From an uncultured Pedobacter sp. (GTDB lineage Bacteria; Bacteroidota; Bacteroidia; Sphingobacteriales; Sphingobacteriaceae): a stretch of 64,000 nucleotides of DNA. The notes under the pieces are model-generated. The model was not told where the DNA came from. It was given only the letters and a program-made list of their open reading frames with translations, and searched no databases. Positions 21,492-30,655 of the stretch are shown piece by piece; positions within the stretch are counted from its first letter, which is position 1; the number at the start of each line of letters is the position of its first letter. The stretch covers positions 22,658-86,657 of the forward strand of contig CBIHNR010000001.1 in NCBI GenBank assembly GCA_966211215.1. The letters are read 5' to 3'. The position numbers and the translations under genes were made by a program.

Positions 21492-22988
21492 ATGAACGAA
21501 TACTTGCCATTTCTTTCCCAATTATTGTCCGGCGTGACTTCGGCGATGCCCTTTATGCTTCCCGAAATAACTTTAATTATAACATTCCTGGTAGTAATTC
21601 TTGCCGACCTGTTTTTCCCTCGTAATCAGTCGGCCTTATCATTCTGGCTTACAATTGCAGGTATTCTAACCTCTGGCTTTTTAAGCTATAACCAAACTTT
21701 TTTAACCGAACACGAACTTAGCCTGTTTGCCGGAAGTATTGCGCTGGATAAAGTAGGTATTTCGTTTAAGCTTATTCTTGCTTTTGCAGTTTTGCTCTTT
21801 GCCATCTTCATTAAAAATAACTCGGCTTTGCAGAAGCATAGCAAGGGAGTTGGTGATTTATATATGCTACTTCCTGGTGTACTCCTGGGGTTAAATCTTA
21901 TGGTAATGTCAACCAGTTTATTGATGATTTATATCTCGATAGAAATGGTTTCAATTGCATCATACTTAATGGTGGGGTACGCATCTGGCGAAAGCAGACA
22001 AACTGAGGCATCCATGAAATATGCTTTGTTTGGTTCGGCTTGTTCTGCGGTGATGCTTTATGGGATTTCCCTATTGTATGGTTTTACAGGAACTATAAAT
22101 ATCCTTGACAATAGCTTTATTTCACACCTGGCGACTGTGACGGAGCCGGCTTCGGCCCTGGCTATTGTACTTACATTGGTTGGCATAGGGTTTAAACTGT
22201 CATTTGCCCCTTTGCATTTCTGGAGTCCGGATGTGTACGAAGGTGCGCCAACCCCTGTAACTGCATTTCTTTCAACAGCCCCAAAGATCGCGGGCTTCGC
22301 TATTTTGTTAAGGTTTCTGGTGCCTTTCTACTCATACCAGGCTGTTACTGCCAAAGGGATTTTTGATTTTGAAGCTACCCTTGCAATGATTGGGATTGCT
22401 ACTATGGTAATTGGGAATTTCGCAGCAGTATGGCAAAATAACGTAAAAAGGATGCTGGCTTATTCATCCATCGGGCATACAGGTTTCGCCTTGATGGCAA
22501 TAATTGCCTTTTCCCAAAATAGTGTGAGGGCCCTGCTGTTTTATTTCGCCGTTTATGTGCTTATGAATATGGCAGCTTTTATGCTTGCAGGCAGAATTGA
22601 AGAACATGCGGGCACAACTGATGTGAGGGAGTATAAGGGCCTAGGGCGTTTCTTTAAACTGGAAATGGCTTGCTTTGTGGTGGTTTTGGTATCTCTAACT
22701 GGATTGCCCCCAACCGGTGGCTTTATCGGGAAGCTTTTTATATTTTCGGCAGCATTTGAAAAATATAGCTTAACACATTCCGTTTGGATGTTAGGCCTTT
22801 TAATCACGGGCGCGGTTACTACAGTAATATCATTATTTTATTACTTTAAAATCCCATTAAATGCATATTTACGACAACCAGAAAAGGATATTAGTGCGGA
22901 ATTCAGGACCGGTTTTCTTACTTATGTCATAGCCATTCTTACAATTTGTGTCATTTTATTAGGAATATTCCCTTCAATCCTCGCTTGA
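21492..22988 (+). CDS. nuoN: NADH-quinone oxidoreductase subunit N
   Basis: Antiporter-like subunit (FAPLHFWSPDVYEGAPTPVTAF), last gene of the operon. Confidence 0.95.
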   Translation: MNEYLPFLSQLLSGVTSAMPFMLPEITLIITFLVVILADLFFPRNQSALSFWLTIAGILTSGFLSYNQTFLTEHELSLFAGSIALDKVGISFKLILAFAVLLFAIFIKNNSALQKHSKGVGDLYMLLPGVLLGLNLMVMSTSLLMIYISIEMVSIASYLMVGYASGESRQTEASMKYALFGSACSAVMLYGISLLYGFTGTINILDNSFISHLATVTEPASALAIVLTLVGIGFKLSFAPLHFWSPDVYEGAPTPVTAFLSTAPKIAGFAILLRFLVPFYSYQAVTAKGIFDFEATLAMIGIATMVIGNFAAVWQNNVKRMLAYSSIGHTGFALMAIIAFSQNSVRALLFYFAVYVLMNMAAFMLAGRIEEHAGTTDVREYKGLGRFFKLEMACFVVVLVSLTGLPPTGGFIGKLFIFSAAFEKYSLTHSVWMLGLLITGAVTTVISLFYYFKIPLNAYLRQPEKDISAEFRTGFLTYVIAILTICVILLGIFPSILA

Positions 22989-23033
22989 TGAATTTTCCTT
23001 TGGATGTTATAACGCTTTTTTCGTTTAAAACTT

Positions 23034-23041
23034 TAATTTTG
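23034..23041 (+). promoter_or_regulatory. -7 promoter box (TAATTTTG) for purF
   Basis: TAnnTTTG match 18 nt upstream of the ATG at 23059. Confidence 0.45.
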
Positions 23042-23058
23042 CATACTCATTAACAGTC

Positions 23059-24954
23059 ATGAGTGAATCGATTAAACATGAGTGCGGAATCGCCCTCATT
23101 CGTCTCTTAAAACCTCTCTCTTTTTATCAGCAGAAATACGGAACGTCGCTTTATGGTTTGAATAAACTGTATTTGCTGATGGAGAAACAGCATAACCGTG
23201 GGCAGGATGGTGCAGGTATAGCTACGATAAAATTTGATGTTGCTCCGGGAAACCGTTACATCAGCCGCCACAGGGCGATGGGGTCGGCAGCAGTATCAGA
23301 AATTTTTGAATATGTACAGAAGAAGTTTGCTGATGTTCCCCCTGAATTATTACAGGATGCAGAGTGGCTGAAAGAGAATATCAGTTTCACCGGCGAAGTG
23401 CTCATGGGGCATTTGCGTTATGGCACACACGGCAAAAACAGTATCGAAAACTGTCATCCATTTCTTCGCCAGAATAATTGGATGAGCCGAAACTTAGTAA
23501 TTGCGGGTAATTTCAACATGACTAACGTTAATGAATTACTGGAGCAATTGTATGAACTAGGCCAGCATCCTAAGGAAAAAGCCGATACAGTAACAGTACT
23601 GGAAAAAATAGGGCACTTTTTGGATGATGAGAATCAGGAGCTTTTTGACCATTTTAAAAAAGAGGGGCATTCTAATGTCGAAATTAGCCGCCTGATTGCC
23701 GAAAATCTGGATGTTGCTAAAATCCTTCGCCGTTCGGCAAAAACCTGGGATGGCGGGTATACTATAGAAGGTATTTTTGGGCATGGTGATGCATTTGTAA
23801 TGCGTGACCCGGCAGGTATCCGCCCGGCCTACTATTATATTGATGATGAAATTGCAGTAGTAACCTCAGAGCGCCCGGCTATCCAAACGGCATTCAATAT
23901 TCCTTATAGCGAAGTTAAAGAGATAAAACCGGGACATGCCTTGATCATCAAGAAGAACGGTACTATCACAGAAGAACAATTCCGTGAGCCGCTTCCTCAA
24001 AAATCTTGCTCCTTTGAACGTATTTACTTCTCTCGTGGAAGTGACGCTGCAATCTACCGTGAACGCAAGCATTTAGGTCGCTTACTTTGCCCTCAGATTT
24101 TAGATGCTGTAGGCCATGATTTAAAGAATACTGTTTTCTCATTCATTCCTAACACAGCAGAAGTTGCTTTTTACGGAATGGTAGAAGGCTTACATAAGTA
24201 TATTAAGCAGATCCAGAAGGATACCTTGTTAAACAGGGCAGATAAAATATCCGACCAGGAACTGGAAGAAATGCTTTGTCTAGCACCAAGGGTAGAGAAA
24301 ATCGCTTTAAAGGATGTTAAGCTTCGTACATTTATAACACAGGATGCAGACCGCCAGGATATGGTTTCGCATGTATATGATACTACTTATGGCTTGGTTA
24401 AAGCGGGCGAAGATAATCTGGTATTAATTGATGACTCGATTGTTCGTGGTACTACCTTAAAACAAAGTATTCTTAAAATATTAGACCGCCTGGGCCCTAA
24501 GAAAATTGTAATTGTTTCTTCGGCCCCACAGATTCGCTACCCTGATTGTTACGGTATTGATATGTCAAGAATGGGCGAGTTTGTTGCCTTCGAAGCAGCT
24601 GTTACTCTGTTAAAGGAAAGCGGACGCGAACATATTATATGGGAAACATATGAGAAGTGTAAGGCTTCTGTTTCTATGGATAAAAATGAAATCGAGAATT
24701 ATATCAAAGCTATATACGAACCGTTTACAGACGAGGAAATTTCGGCTAAGATTGCACAAATCATTTCTCCTAAAGGAATAAAAGCAGAGGTTCAGGTTAT
24801 TTATCAGAAACTGAATAATTTACATGCAGCTTGCCCTGAGCATTTAGGCGACTGGTATTTCTCTGGCGACTATCCAACGCCTGGTGGAAACCGGGTTGTT
24901 AACCGTGCATTTATGAACTGGGTTGAGGGCAAAAACCAAAGGGCTTACGTGTAA
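23059..24954 (+). CDS. purF: amidophosphoribosyltransferase (long Bacteroidota-type class II glutamine amidotransferase)
   Basis: N-terminal nucleophile context (HECGIA), NRGQDGAGI, HLRYGT.G, and the PRPP loop LVLIDDSIVRGTT. The ~630-aa length is typical of the long PurF form. Confidence 0.88.
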   Translation: MSESIKHECGIALIRLLKPLSFYQQKYGTSLYGLNKLYLLMEKQHNRGQDGAGIATIKFDVAPGNRYISRHRAMGSAAVSEIFEYVQKKFADVPPELLQDAEWLKENISFTGEVLMGHLRYGTHGKNSIENCHPFLRQNNWMSRNLVIAGNFNMTNVNELLEQLYELGQHPKEKADTVTVLEKIGHFLDDENQELFDHFKKEGHSNVEISRLIAENLDVAKILRRSAKTWDGGYTIEGIFGHGDAFVMRDPAGIRPAYYYIDDEIAVVTSERPAIQTAFNIPYSEVKEIKPGHALIIKKNGTITEEQFREPLPQKSCSFERIYFSRGSDAAIYRERKHLGRLLCPQILDAVGHDLKNTVFSFIPNTAEVAFYGMVEGLHKYIKQIQKDTLLNRADKISDQELEEMLCLAPRVEKIALKDVKLRTFITQDADRQDMVSHVYDTTYGLVKAGEDNLVLIDDSIVRGTTLKQSILKILDRLGPKKIVIVSSAPQIRYPDCYGIDMSRMGEFVAFEAAVTLLKESGREHIIWETYEKCKASVSMDKNEIENYIKAIYEPFTDEEISAKIAQIISPKGIKAEVQVIYQKLNNLHAACPEHLGDWYFSGDYPTPGGNRVVNRAFMNWVEGKNQRAYV

Positions 24955-25144
24955 GAATGATAAAATGAGTGAAGGATGGAATGATTGAATAAATGTTCCA
25001 GGCTGAACTTTAATAATAGAATGAGTGGAGAATGGATGATTGTTGTCCTGATCTTCACTCATTTTTGTTTTTAGCAATAAGGGGAATGAAGCGAGAAAAG
25101 AGTCAATCATTCAATCACTCTATCTTCAATAATTCTTAATTGCC

Positions 25145-25759
25145 CTATGCAACCAGTCCCCAAATCAGTTTAAACGCGAATACCAGTATCAGGCATCCGG
25201 CTACCCGGTTTAATAAGATGATGGTTTTTTCTTTAATACGATATCTGAATTTGTTGGCATAGTAAGCTTTCAGGGTATCCATACTAAATTGGGTAATCAA
25301 TATGAATCCGAAAAACGGGATAATTTCCTTTGAGCTTAAATCACCTTTAACAGAAATAAGGCTGCTGGTAACACTTACCCAGTATAAGAGCAGTGAGGGG
25401 TTAAGTATACACATCAAAAAGCCTTTGAAAAAGTATCCGGTATTCCGCCGGGTAGAAGTTGTGTTGTCGTAGTTGATTTTAACCTTTTTAAAAAGATAGA
25501 AACAGCCAATGCCGATTAAAACAGCACTGCCAGCAATCCCGATAGGCAGGCGGTATTGATTTTCAAATTTGATAAATGACGAACCGTATACAGCCAGAGC
25601 TACATAAATGAAATCACTTAAAACAACTCCGGCGGCCAGCCACATGCCTGCATGAAAGCCTTTTTCAATGCTGGTTTTCAACAATGCAAAAAATACCGGG
25701 CCCGTAGCAAATGACAACACTATCCCAAGGCCAATACCAGATATAATTGATTCAAGCAT
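25145..25759 (-). CDS. LysE-family amino-acid/homoserine-lactone exporter
   Basis: ~200 aa, 6 TM helices, N-terminal ...GIGLGIVLSFATGPVFFALL typical of LysE/RhtB. The ATG at 25759 (MLESIISG) is preferred to the upstream start at 25810. Confidence 0.8.
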   Translation of the reverse strand: MLESIISGIGLGIVLSFATGPVFFALLKTSIEKGFHAGMWLAAGVVLSDFIYVALAVYGSSFIKFENQYRLPIGIAGSAVLIGIGCFYLFKKVKINYDNTTSTRRNTGYFFKGFLMCILNPSLLLYWVSVTSSLISVKGDLSSKEIIPFFGFILITQFSMDTLKAYYANKFRYRIKEKTIILLNRVAGCLILVFAFKLIWGLVA

Positions 25760-25944
25760 AATGGCTCGTTTCCAAATGTGCGAATATGCAATTTTTGAGG
25801 CAAAATACAATAAAGCGCATATTATATTAAAACATATTAGTTAAGGTTTCTTTTAATGATGCGTTTTTATATAAGGCGGAGTACCGAGCTTTTGTTGTCA
25901 ATTTTGCATCATTATAATTATATTGCCCCCAAAACCAATTAAAT

Positions 25945-27225
25945 ATGCCTCAATCTGCAGCAACTAGCCAAGGCTCCAAGCCAATAGTAATCATCGGTGC
26001 ATTATTTTTTATTTTCGGATTTGTTACCTGGCTTAACGGTACGCTTATACCGTTTCTAAAGTTGGCCTGCAACCTTAAAAGCGATGCCCAGGCTTTTTTC
26101 GTGACCTTTGCTTTTTACATGGCCTATTTCTTTCTGGCAATACCCTCATCAGGTATTTTAAGGAAAACAGGGCTTAAGAACGGGATGGGCCTGGGGCTAT
26201 TAGTAATGGCCGTTGGTGCTGTAATATTTGTGCCTGCTGCAAATAGCCGAAGCTTCGGCTTATTTTTAACTGGTTTGTTTGTGCAGGGGGCAGGCTTGTC
26301 TCTTTTACAGACAGCATCTAATCCATACATAAGTATTGTCGGTCCCATTGAAAGTGCTGCCCAACGTATCAGTATAATGGGGATCTGTAACAAATTTGCA
26401 GGAATCCTTAGCCCTATTATTCTTGGGGCAATTGTGCTAAAGGATGCCACCGGGCTTGAAACCAAAATAGCTACGACTACTGATGCTGTAGCCAAAGCTG
26501 AACTGTTAAACGAGCTTGCAGGAAGAGTTGTTGTTCCATACCTGGTAATGGCAGCAGTTTTGGTTGTATTGGCTATTTGGATTAAAAATTCAGCCTTGCC
26601 AGATATCGATGCCTCTGCGGCAAACGCCCAGCCAGAGGGAAAATCCGAAAGCGGAAAAAGTAGTGTGTTTCAATTCCCGCATCTTTTGTTAGGCGTGATT
26701 TGCCTGTTTTTATATGTGGGAGTAGAGGTTATGGCTGGCGATGCAATTGGTATCTATGGAAAGAGCTTTGGTATTCCATTAGATGAAGCTAAATATTTTA
26801 CCTCCATAACGCTTGTAGCTATGCTTGTAGGTTATGTAGCGGGAATTATTGCGATTCCAAAATACATTTCACAAGAAGCTAGTTTGAAAATTTCTGCCAT
26901 ACTGGGAGTACTTTTCACCTTAGGGGCCTTGCTTACCAAAGGCTATGTTTCGGTGGGATTTGTGGCTGCATTAGGATTAGCAAATGCGCTAATGTGGCCT
27001 GCAATATTTCCGATGGCTATTAGAGGCCTTGGTAAGTTTACCGAACTTGGCTCTGCTTTATTAATTATGGGAATTGCGGGTGGAGCCATTCTGCCACTTG
27101 CTTTCGGGCATTTCAAGGCGATGTATGATTTTCAATGGGTATTCTTCTTGTTAATGGCACCTTGCTACTTATATATATATTATTATTCTGTTAGCGGGCA
27201 CAAAGCGGGCTTAAAAAGGATTTAA
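25945..27225 (+). CDS. sugar MFS transporter (glucose/galactose or fucose permease-like)
   Basis: 12-TM MFS. The N-terminal FFIFGFVTWLNGTLIPFLK pattern is characteristic of the FucP/GluP family. Confidence 0.8.
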   Translation: MPQSAATSQGSKPIVIIGALFFIFGFVTWLNGTLIPFLKLACNLKSDAQAFFVTFAFYMAYFFLAIPSSGILRKTGLKNGMGLGLLVMAVGAVIFVPAANSRSFGLFLTGLFVQGAGLSLLQTASNPYISIVGPIESAAQRISIMGICNKFAGILSPIILGAIVLKDATGLETKIATTTDAVAKAELLNELAGRVVVPYLVMAAVLVVLAIWIKNSALPDIDASAANAQPEGKSESGKSSVFQFPHLLLGVICLFLYVGVEVMAGDAIGIYGKSFGIPLDEAKYFTSITLVAMLVGYVAGIIAIPKYISQEASLKISAILGVLFTLGALLTKGYVSVGFVAALGLANALMWPAIFPMAIRGLGKFTELGSALLIMGIAGGAILPLAFGHFKAMYDFQWVFFLLMAPCYLYIYYYSVSGHKAGLKRI

Positions 27226-27251
27226 TACCTTTGCGGCAGATTTTATAAAAA

Positions 27252-27719
27252 GTGATTAATAAACCAAGTTTCGAAAGCATCTTCATGAATTTAGCAACCG
27301 ACCTTGCTTTGCGGTCTCATTGCGTAAAGGCTCAGGTTGGTGCTGTTTTAACAAAGGATACCCGAATTATATCTATTGGCTATAACGGCCCTCCGGCACA
27401 TACTCATAACTGTGATGAAGAATGGCCCGACACTGGCTGTCCAAGAGATGCAAGGGGAAGTTGCTCATTAGCACTTCATGCCGAAGAAAATGCTATTCTT
27501 TATGCCACCAAAAATGGCGCCGACCTGGAAGGTTCGACCTTATATGTGACGCTATCGCCTTGCTTGCCTTGTGCAAGATTAATTTATTCATCTGGAATCA
27601 AAAAAGTGTATTTCAAGAATTCTTACGCGGAATATAAAGGTTTGCCGTCCGACGAAGGGGTAGACTTTTTAAACAGGTTTGGCGTAGAGGCAATTAAAGC
27701 GGAGGGTGTTAATATTTAA
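27252..27719 (+). CDS. deoxycytidylate (dCMP) deaminase
   Basis: Zinc motifs HAEENA and PCLPCA, GYNG.P, ~155 aa ComEB/dCMP deaminase size. GTG start. Confidence 0.85.
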   Translation: MINKPSFESIFMNLATDLALRSHCVKAQVGAVLTKDTRIISIGYNGPPAHTHNCDEEWPDTGCPRDARGSCSLALHAEENAILYATKNGADLEGSTLYVTLSPCLPCARLIYSSGIKKVYFKNSYAEYKGLPSDEGVDFLNRFGVEAIKAEGVNI

Positions 27720-28527
27720 CCAGGGTTTTACTCAGCCTATACAGTTTATCCCTGGCAATGATTTCATAAGCCTGGCTTCTCGCTGGCGCTTGTTCGTTTT
27801 TATCCAAATATGCCCCGGTGAGATGATGGATTTCAGCCTGTTCCATAAGGCTTAAAATATTGTCTACACCGTCTTCCACAGACGATTGGGCTTCACCGTA
27901 TTTATCCAGAACCATTTTTGTATCCATTCTGGTTTCGGGGTGAAGTGCATTTACTTTAACAGACGAATCTTTAAGCTGCCCGGCCATAGTGAAGGTGAGC
28001 ATGATTAATGCCAGTTTGCTTTGGGCATAGGCACGCTTATCTGAATAATCATTCTCAAGCATCACATTCTCAAAATCAATATCGAACTGTGAGCCTGATG
28101 CGACATTAATTATTTGCGAATTGGATTTGTGTTGCAGCAAAGGGAGCAGGAGATGGCTAAGGAGGAACGGTGCGAGATAATTCACAGCAAAGCAAAGTTC
28201 ATAACCTTCTGCGCTTAAGAGCCTTTCTTCTGAGCTGTAGTTAATTCCCGCATTATTAACCAAAATGTTAAGGCTTGGGTGGTGTTCCAAAACCATCGAA
28301 GCCAGCTCGCGGACGGATTGTAATGAAGCCAGGTCTGCATTGAAGTAGCTTATATTTTTGTTGCCAGTTGTAGAAACAATTTCATCCAGTACGTGCTGAC
28401 CTTTCTGTTCATTCCTGCCATGAAGCAAAACTATAGCACCCTTTTGGGCAAGGCGTTTGGCAAGCGCTTTTCCAAGCCCGTCGGTAGAGCCGGTAATTAA
28501 AACTGTTTTATCAGAAAAGTGAAGCAT
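27709..28527 (-). CDS. SDR-family oxidoreductase
   Basis: ITGSTDGLGKA cofactor motif, NNAGI, and YAQSK (YxxxK). It has an 11-nt tail-to-tail overlap with the dCMP deaminase gene. Confidence 0.85.
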   Translation of the reverse strand: MLHFSDKTVLITGSTDGLGKALAKRLAQKGAIVLLHGRNEQKGQHVLDEIVSTTGNKNISYFNADLASLQSVRELASMVLEHHPSLNILVNNAGINYSSEERLLSAEGYELCFAVNYLAPFLLSHLLLPLLQHKSNSQIINVASGSQFDIDFENVMLENDYSDKRAYAQSKLALIMLTFTMAGQLKDSSVKVNALHPETRMDTKMVLDKYGEAQSSVEDGVDNILSLMEQAEIHHLTGAYLDKNEQAPARSQAYEIIARDKLYRLSKTLVKY

Positions 28528-28553
28528 AGTATGTATCAGGATAATATCGTAAA

Positions 28554-29066
28554 CTATTGCAGGTTACTCAGTTCGTCCAATAAAATTGTTCCAATAGCAT
28601 CGACGGTTTGGGAAATAATTTCATCAGGGTTTCCATCAAACTGAAGCTTGGTTTTCCAAGCTCGATCATGTACGTAGCCGTGAATAAACATGGTTCCAAC
28701 CGTTTTATCTTCATCCGTACAATCCGCGTCAGAAGCAAGCCCGGTAACTGCTACAATTACATCGGCTGGTATTAACTTTTTTACCCCATCGGCTAAAAGC
28801 TGGGTAACTTCAGGCGATTCGGCAGTAAAAGCGCTAATTGCTTCGGCAGGTACTCCTAAAAGATTCTCTTTTACGCTCCTGTCGTAACAAACAATACTTC
28901 CAAGTATCACTTTGCCACAATCCGGGACAGATGTGAAATCGTATACAAGCTTTCCTGTACTGGCGCTTTCGGCAAATGCAATGGTTAAATTTTGGGCCAG
29001 GAGGCTGTGGCAGCAGGCAATTACAGATTTCGAAGGCATGAGAGTTGTTTTTAGTTTCAAATCCAA
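28554..29066 (-). CDS. CinA C-terminal domain protein (nicotinamide-nucleotide amidohydrolase PncC-like)
   Basis: ~165 aa with the AES..TGK motif region (TIAFAESASTGKL) and a GTMFI segment. An alternative ATG at 29039 (MPSKSV) is equally plausible. Confidence 0.75.
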   Translation of the reverse strand: MDLKLKTTLMPSKSVIACCHSLLAQNLTIAFAESASTGKLVYDFTSVPDCGKVILGSIVCYDRSVKENLLGVPAEAISAFTAESPEVTQLLADGVKKLIPADVIVAVTGLASDADCTDEDKTVGTMFIHGYVHDRAWKTKLQFDGNPDEIISQTVDAIGTILLDELSNLQ

Positions 29067-29211
29067 ACAGCCAAGCCAAATTATAGTTTTATATGCTGTT
29101 TAAAACATGTGCTTCACTATTACTGATTAACAATTTGAGAATGGCGTAATCAATAAATGAATAGTTGAGCGTTATTATTTCTAATACTATATTTACCGAA
29201 AGCAATATTCT

Positions 29212-30600
29212 ATGTTAAAAAAACTTCAGTGTTTCTTAATAGCTTGCTTCATTGCATTTAATGTACAAGCTCAAACCTCAGCACCAAACAGCTCTAAGCT
29301 TCCTCCTAATATGTTTTTGAAGAAACTGCCCAATGGCCTGGATATTCTGGTATTGGAGGATAATAGTGTGCCGCTTGCTACTATAGAGCTTGCAGTAAAA
29401 AACGGCGCTTATACTGAGCCCCCCGAATATAATGGCTTAAGCCACCTGTACGAACACATGTTTTTTAAAGCCAATAAAGATTATCCAAGCCAGGAAGACT
29501 TTTTAGACAGGGTTAGCGAATTGGGTATTCAGTTCAACGGCACAACTTCTTATGAGCTGGTTAATTACTATTTTACGTTGCCTAAGTTTAATGTTATCGA
29601 AGGGCTAAAGTTTATGAATTCGGCTGTTCGGTATCCTAAGTTCGATAAGGATGAAATGGCCAAGGAGAACATTGTGGTAGACGGGGAGTTTCAACGGAAC
29701 GAGTCTAACCCGTATTTCGCTTTGAATGATGAGATGAACCGCAAATTATGGGGCGATTTATACAGCCGGAAAAACACTATTGGTAACCACGACGTGATTC
29801 GCTCGGCAACTCCCGCAAAAATGGATACCATTAAGAATAAGTATTACTGGCCTAACAATTCCTTAATTACAATTGCCGGAGATGTGAAGCATGACGAGAT
29901 ATTTAGAAATGCAGAGCAGATTTTTGGCGACTGGCAGCCTTCTGGTTTTGATCCTGCAAAAAGGTGGCCGGTTCCGGAATTTAAGCCACTGCAAAAATCA
30001 GAGTACTTTATTGTAGAATCTGACTTATCAAGAGTTCCATTAGTTATGATGAATTGGCACGGCCCTGATACCCGGAATGACTTGCCTGCCACCTATGCTG
30101 CCGACGTGTTTTCGTTCATCATCAACCAGAACTCCTCAAAATTTAGTCAGGCGCTGGTAGATGCCGGTTTGGCATTGCAAGTAAACATTGGTTATTTAAC
30201 GCTTAAACATACAGGCCCAATAAGTGTATTTGTGGTGCCTAATCCCAACAAAATTAAAGAGTGTATTGCCGAAGTTAACAAGCAAATGGCTTTATGGGAT
30301 ACCGATAGCTACATTACCGACGAGCAGATAGAAACAGCAAAAAGGCAGTTGGAAATAAGCCAGGTAAAGGATGAAGAAATTACCTCAAACTTTACTCATA
30401 CTATCTCGTTTTGGTGGGCGGCTGCATCCATCGATTATTTAAATACTTACATTGAAAATTTGCGCAAGGTTAATAGAGACGATTTAAAACAATACGTAAG
30501 GAAATATATTAAGAATAAACCGCACGCAGCCGGAATGTTAATTAGCGCCGAGGCTAAAAAACAATTGAAGCCCGAGTTGTATTTTAAGGCTCCATATTAA
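29212..30600 (+). CDS. M16-family zinc peptidase (active-type subunit)
   Basis: Signal peptide and an inverted zinc motif HxxEH (HLYEHMFF) followed by the conserved E region. Confidence 0.85.
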   Translation: MLKKLQCFLIACFIAFNVQAQTSAPNSSKLPPNMFLKKLPNGLDILVLEDNSVPLATIELAVKNGAYTEPPEYNGLSHLYEHMFFKANKDYPSQEDFLDRVSELGIQFNGTTSYELVNYYFTLPKFNVIEGLKFMNSAVRYPKFDKDEMAKENIVVDGEFQRNESNPYFALNDEMNRKLWGDLYSRKNTIGNHDVIRSATPAKMDTIKNKYYWPNNSLITIAGDVKHDEIFRNAEQIFGDWQPSGFDPAKRWPVPEFKPLQKSEYFIVESDLSRVPLVMMNWHGPDTRNDLPATYAADVFSFIINQNSSKFSQALVDAGLALQVNIGYLTLKHTGPISVFVVPNPNKIKECIAEVNKQMALWDTDSYITDEQIETAKRQLEISQVKDEEITSNFTHTISFWWAAASIDYLNTYIENLRKVNRDDLKQYVRKYIKNKPHAAGMLISAEAKKQLKPELYFKAPY

Positions 30601-30655
30601 TTATGCCGCGTTTTTCGATTAGTTAATCTTTAGTTTTCAGTTTCCAACATAACAT

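Noticed and set aside
27252-27719. dCMP deaminase, together with the dGTPase-like gene at 33891..35231, as nucleotide-depletion anti-phage defence genes
   Set aside because: Both have the size and motifs of the housekeeping ComEB-type deaminase and the Dgt-type enzyme. They are embedded among metabolic genes, with no mobile or defence neighbours.
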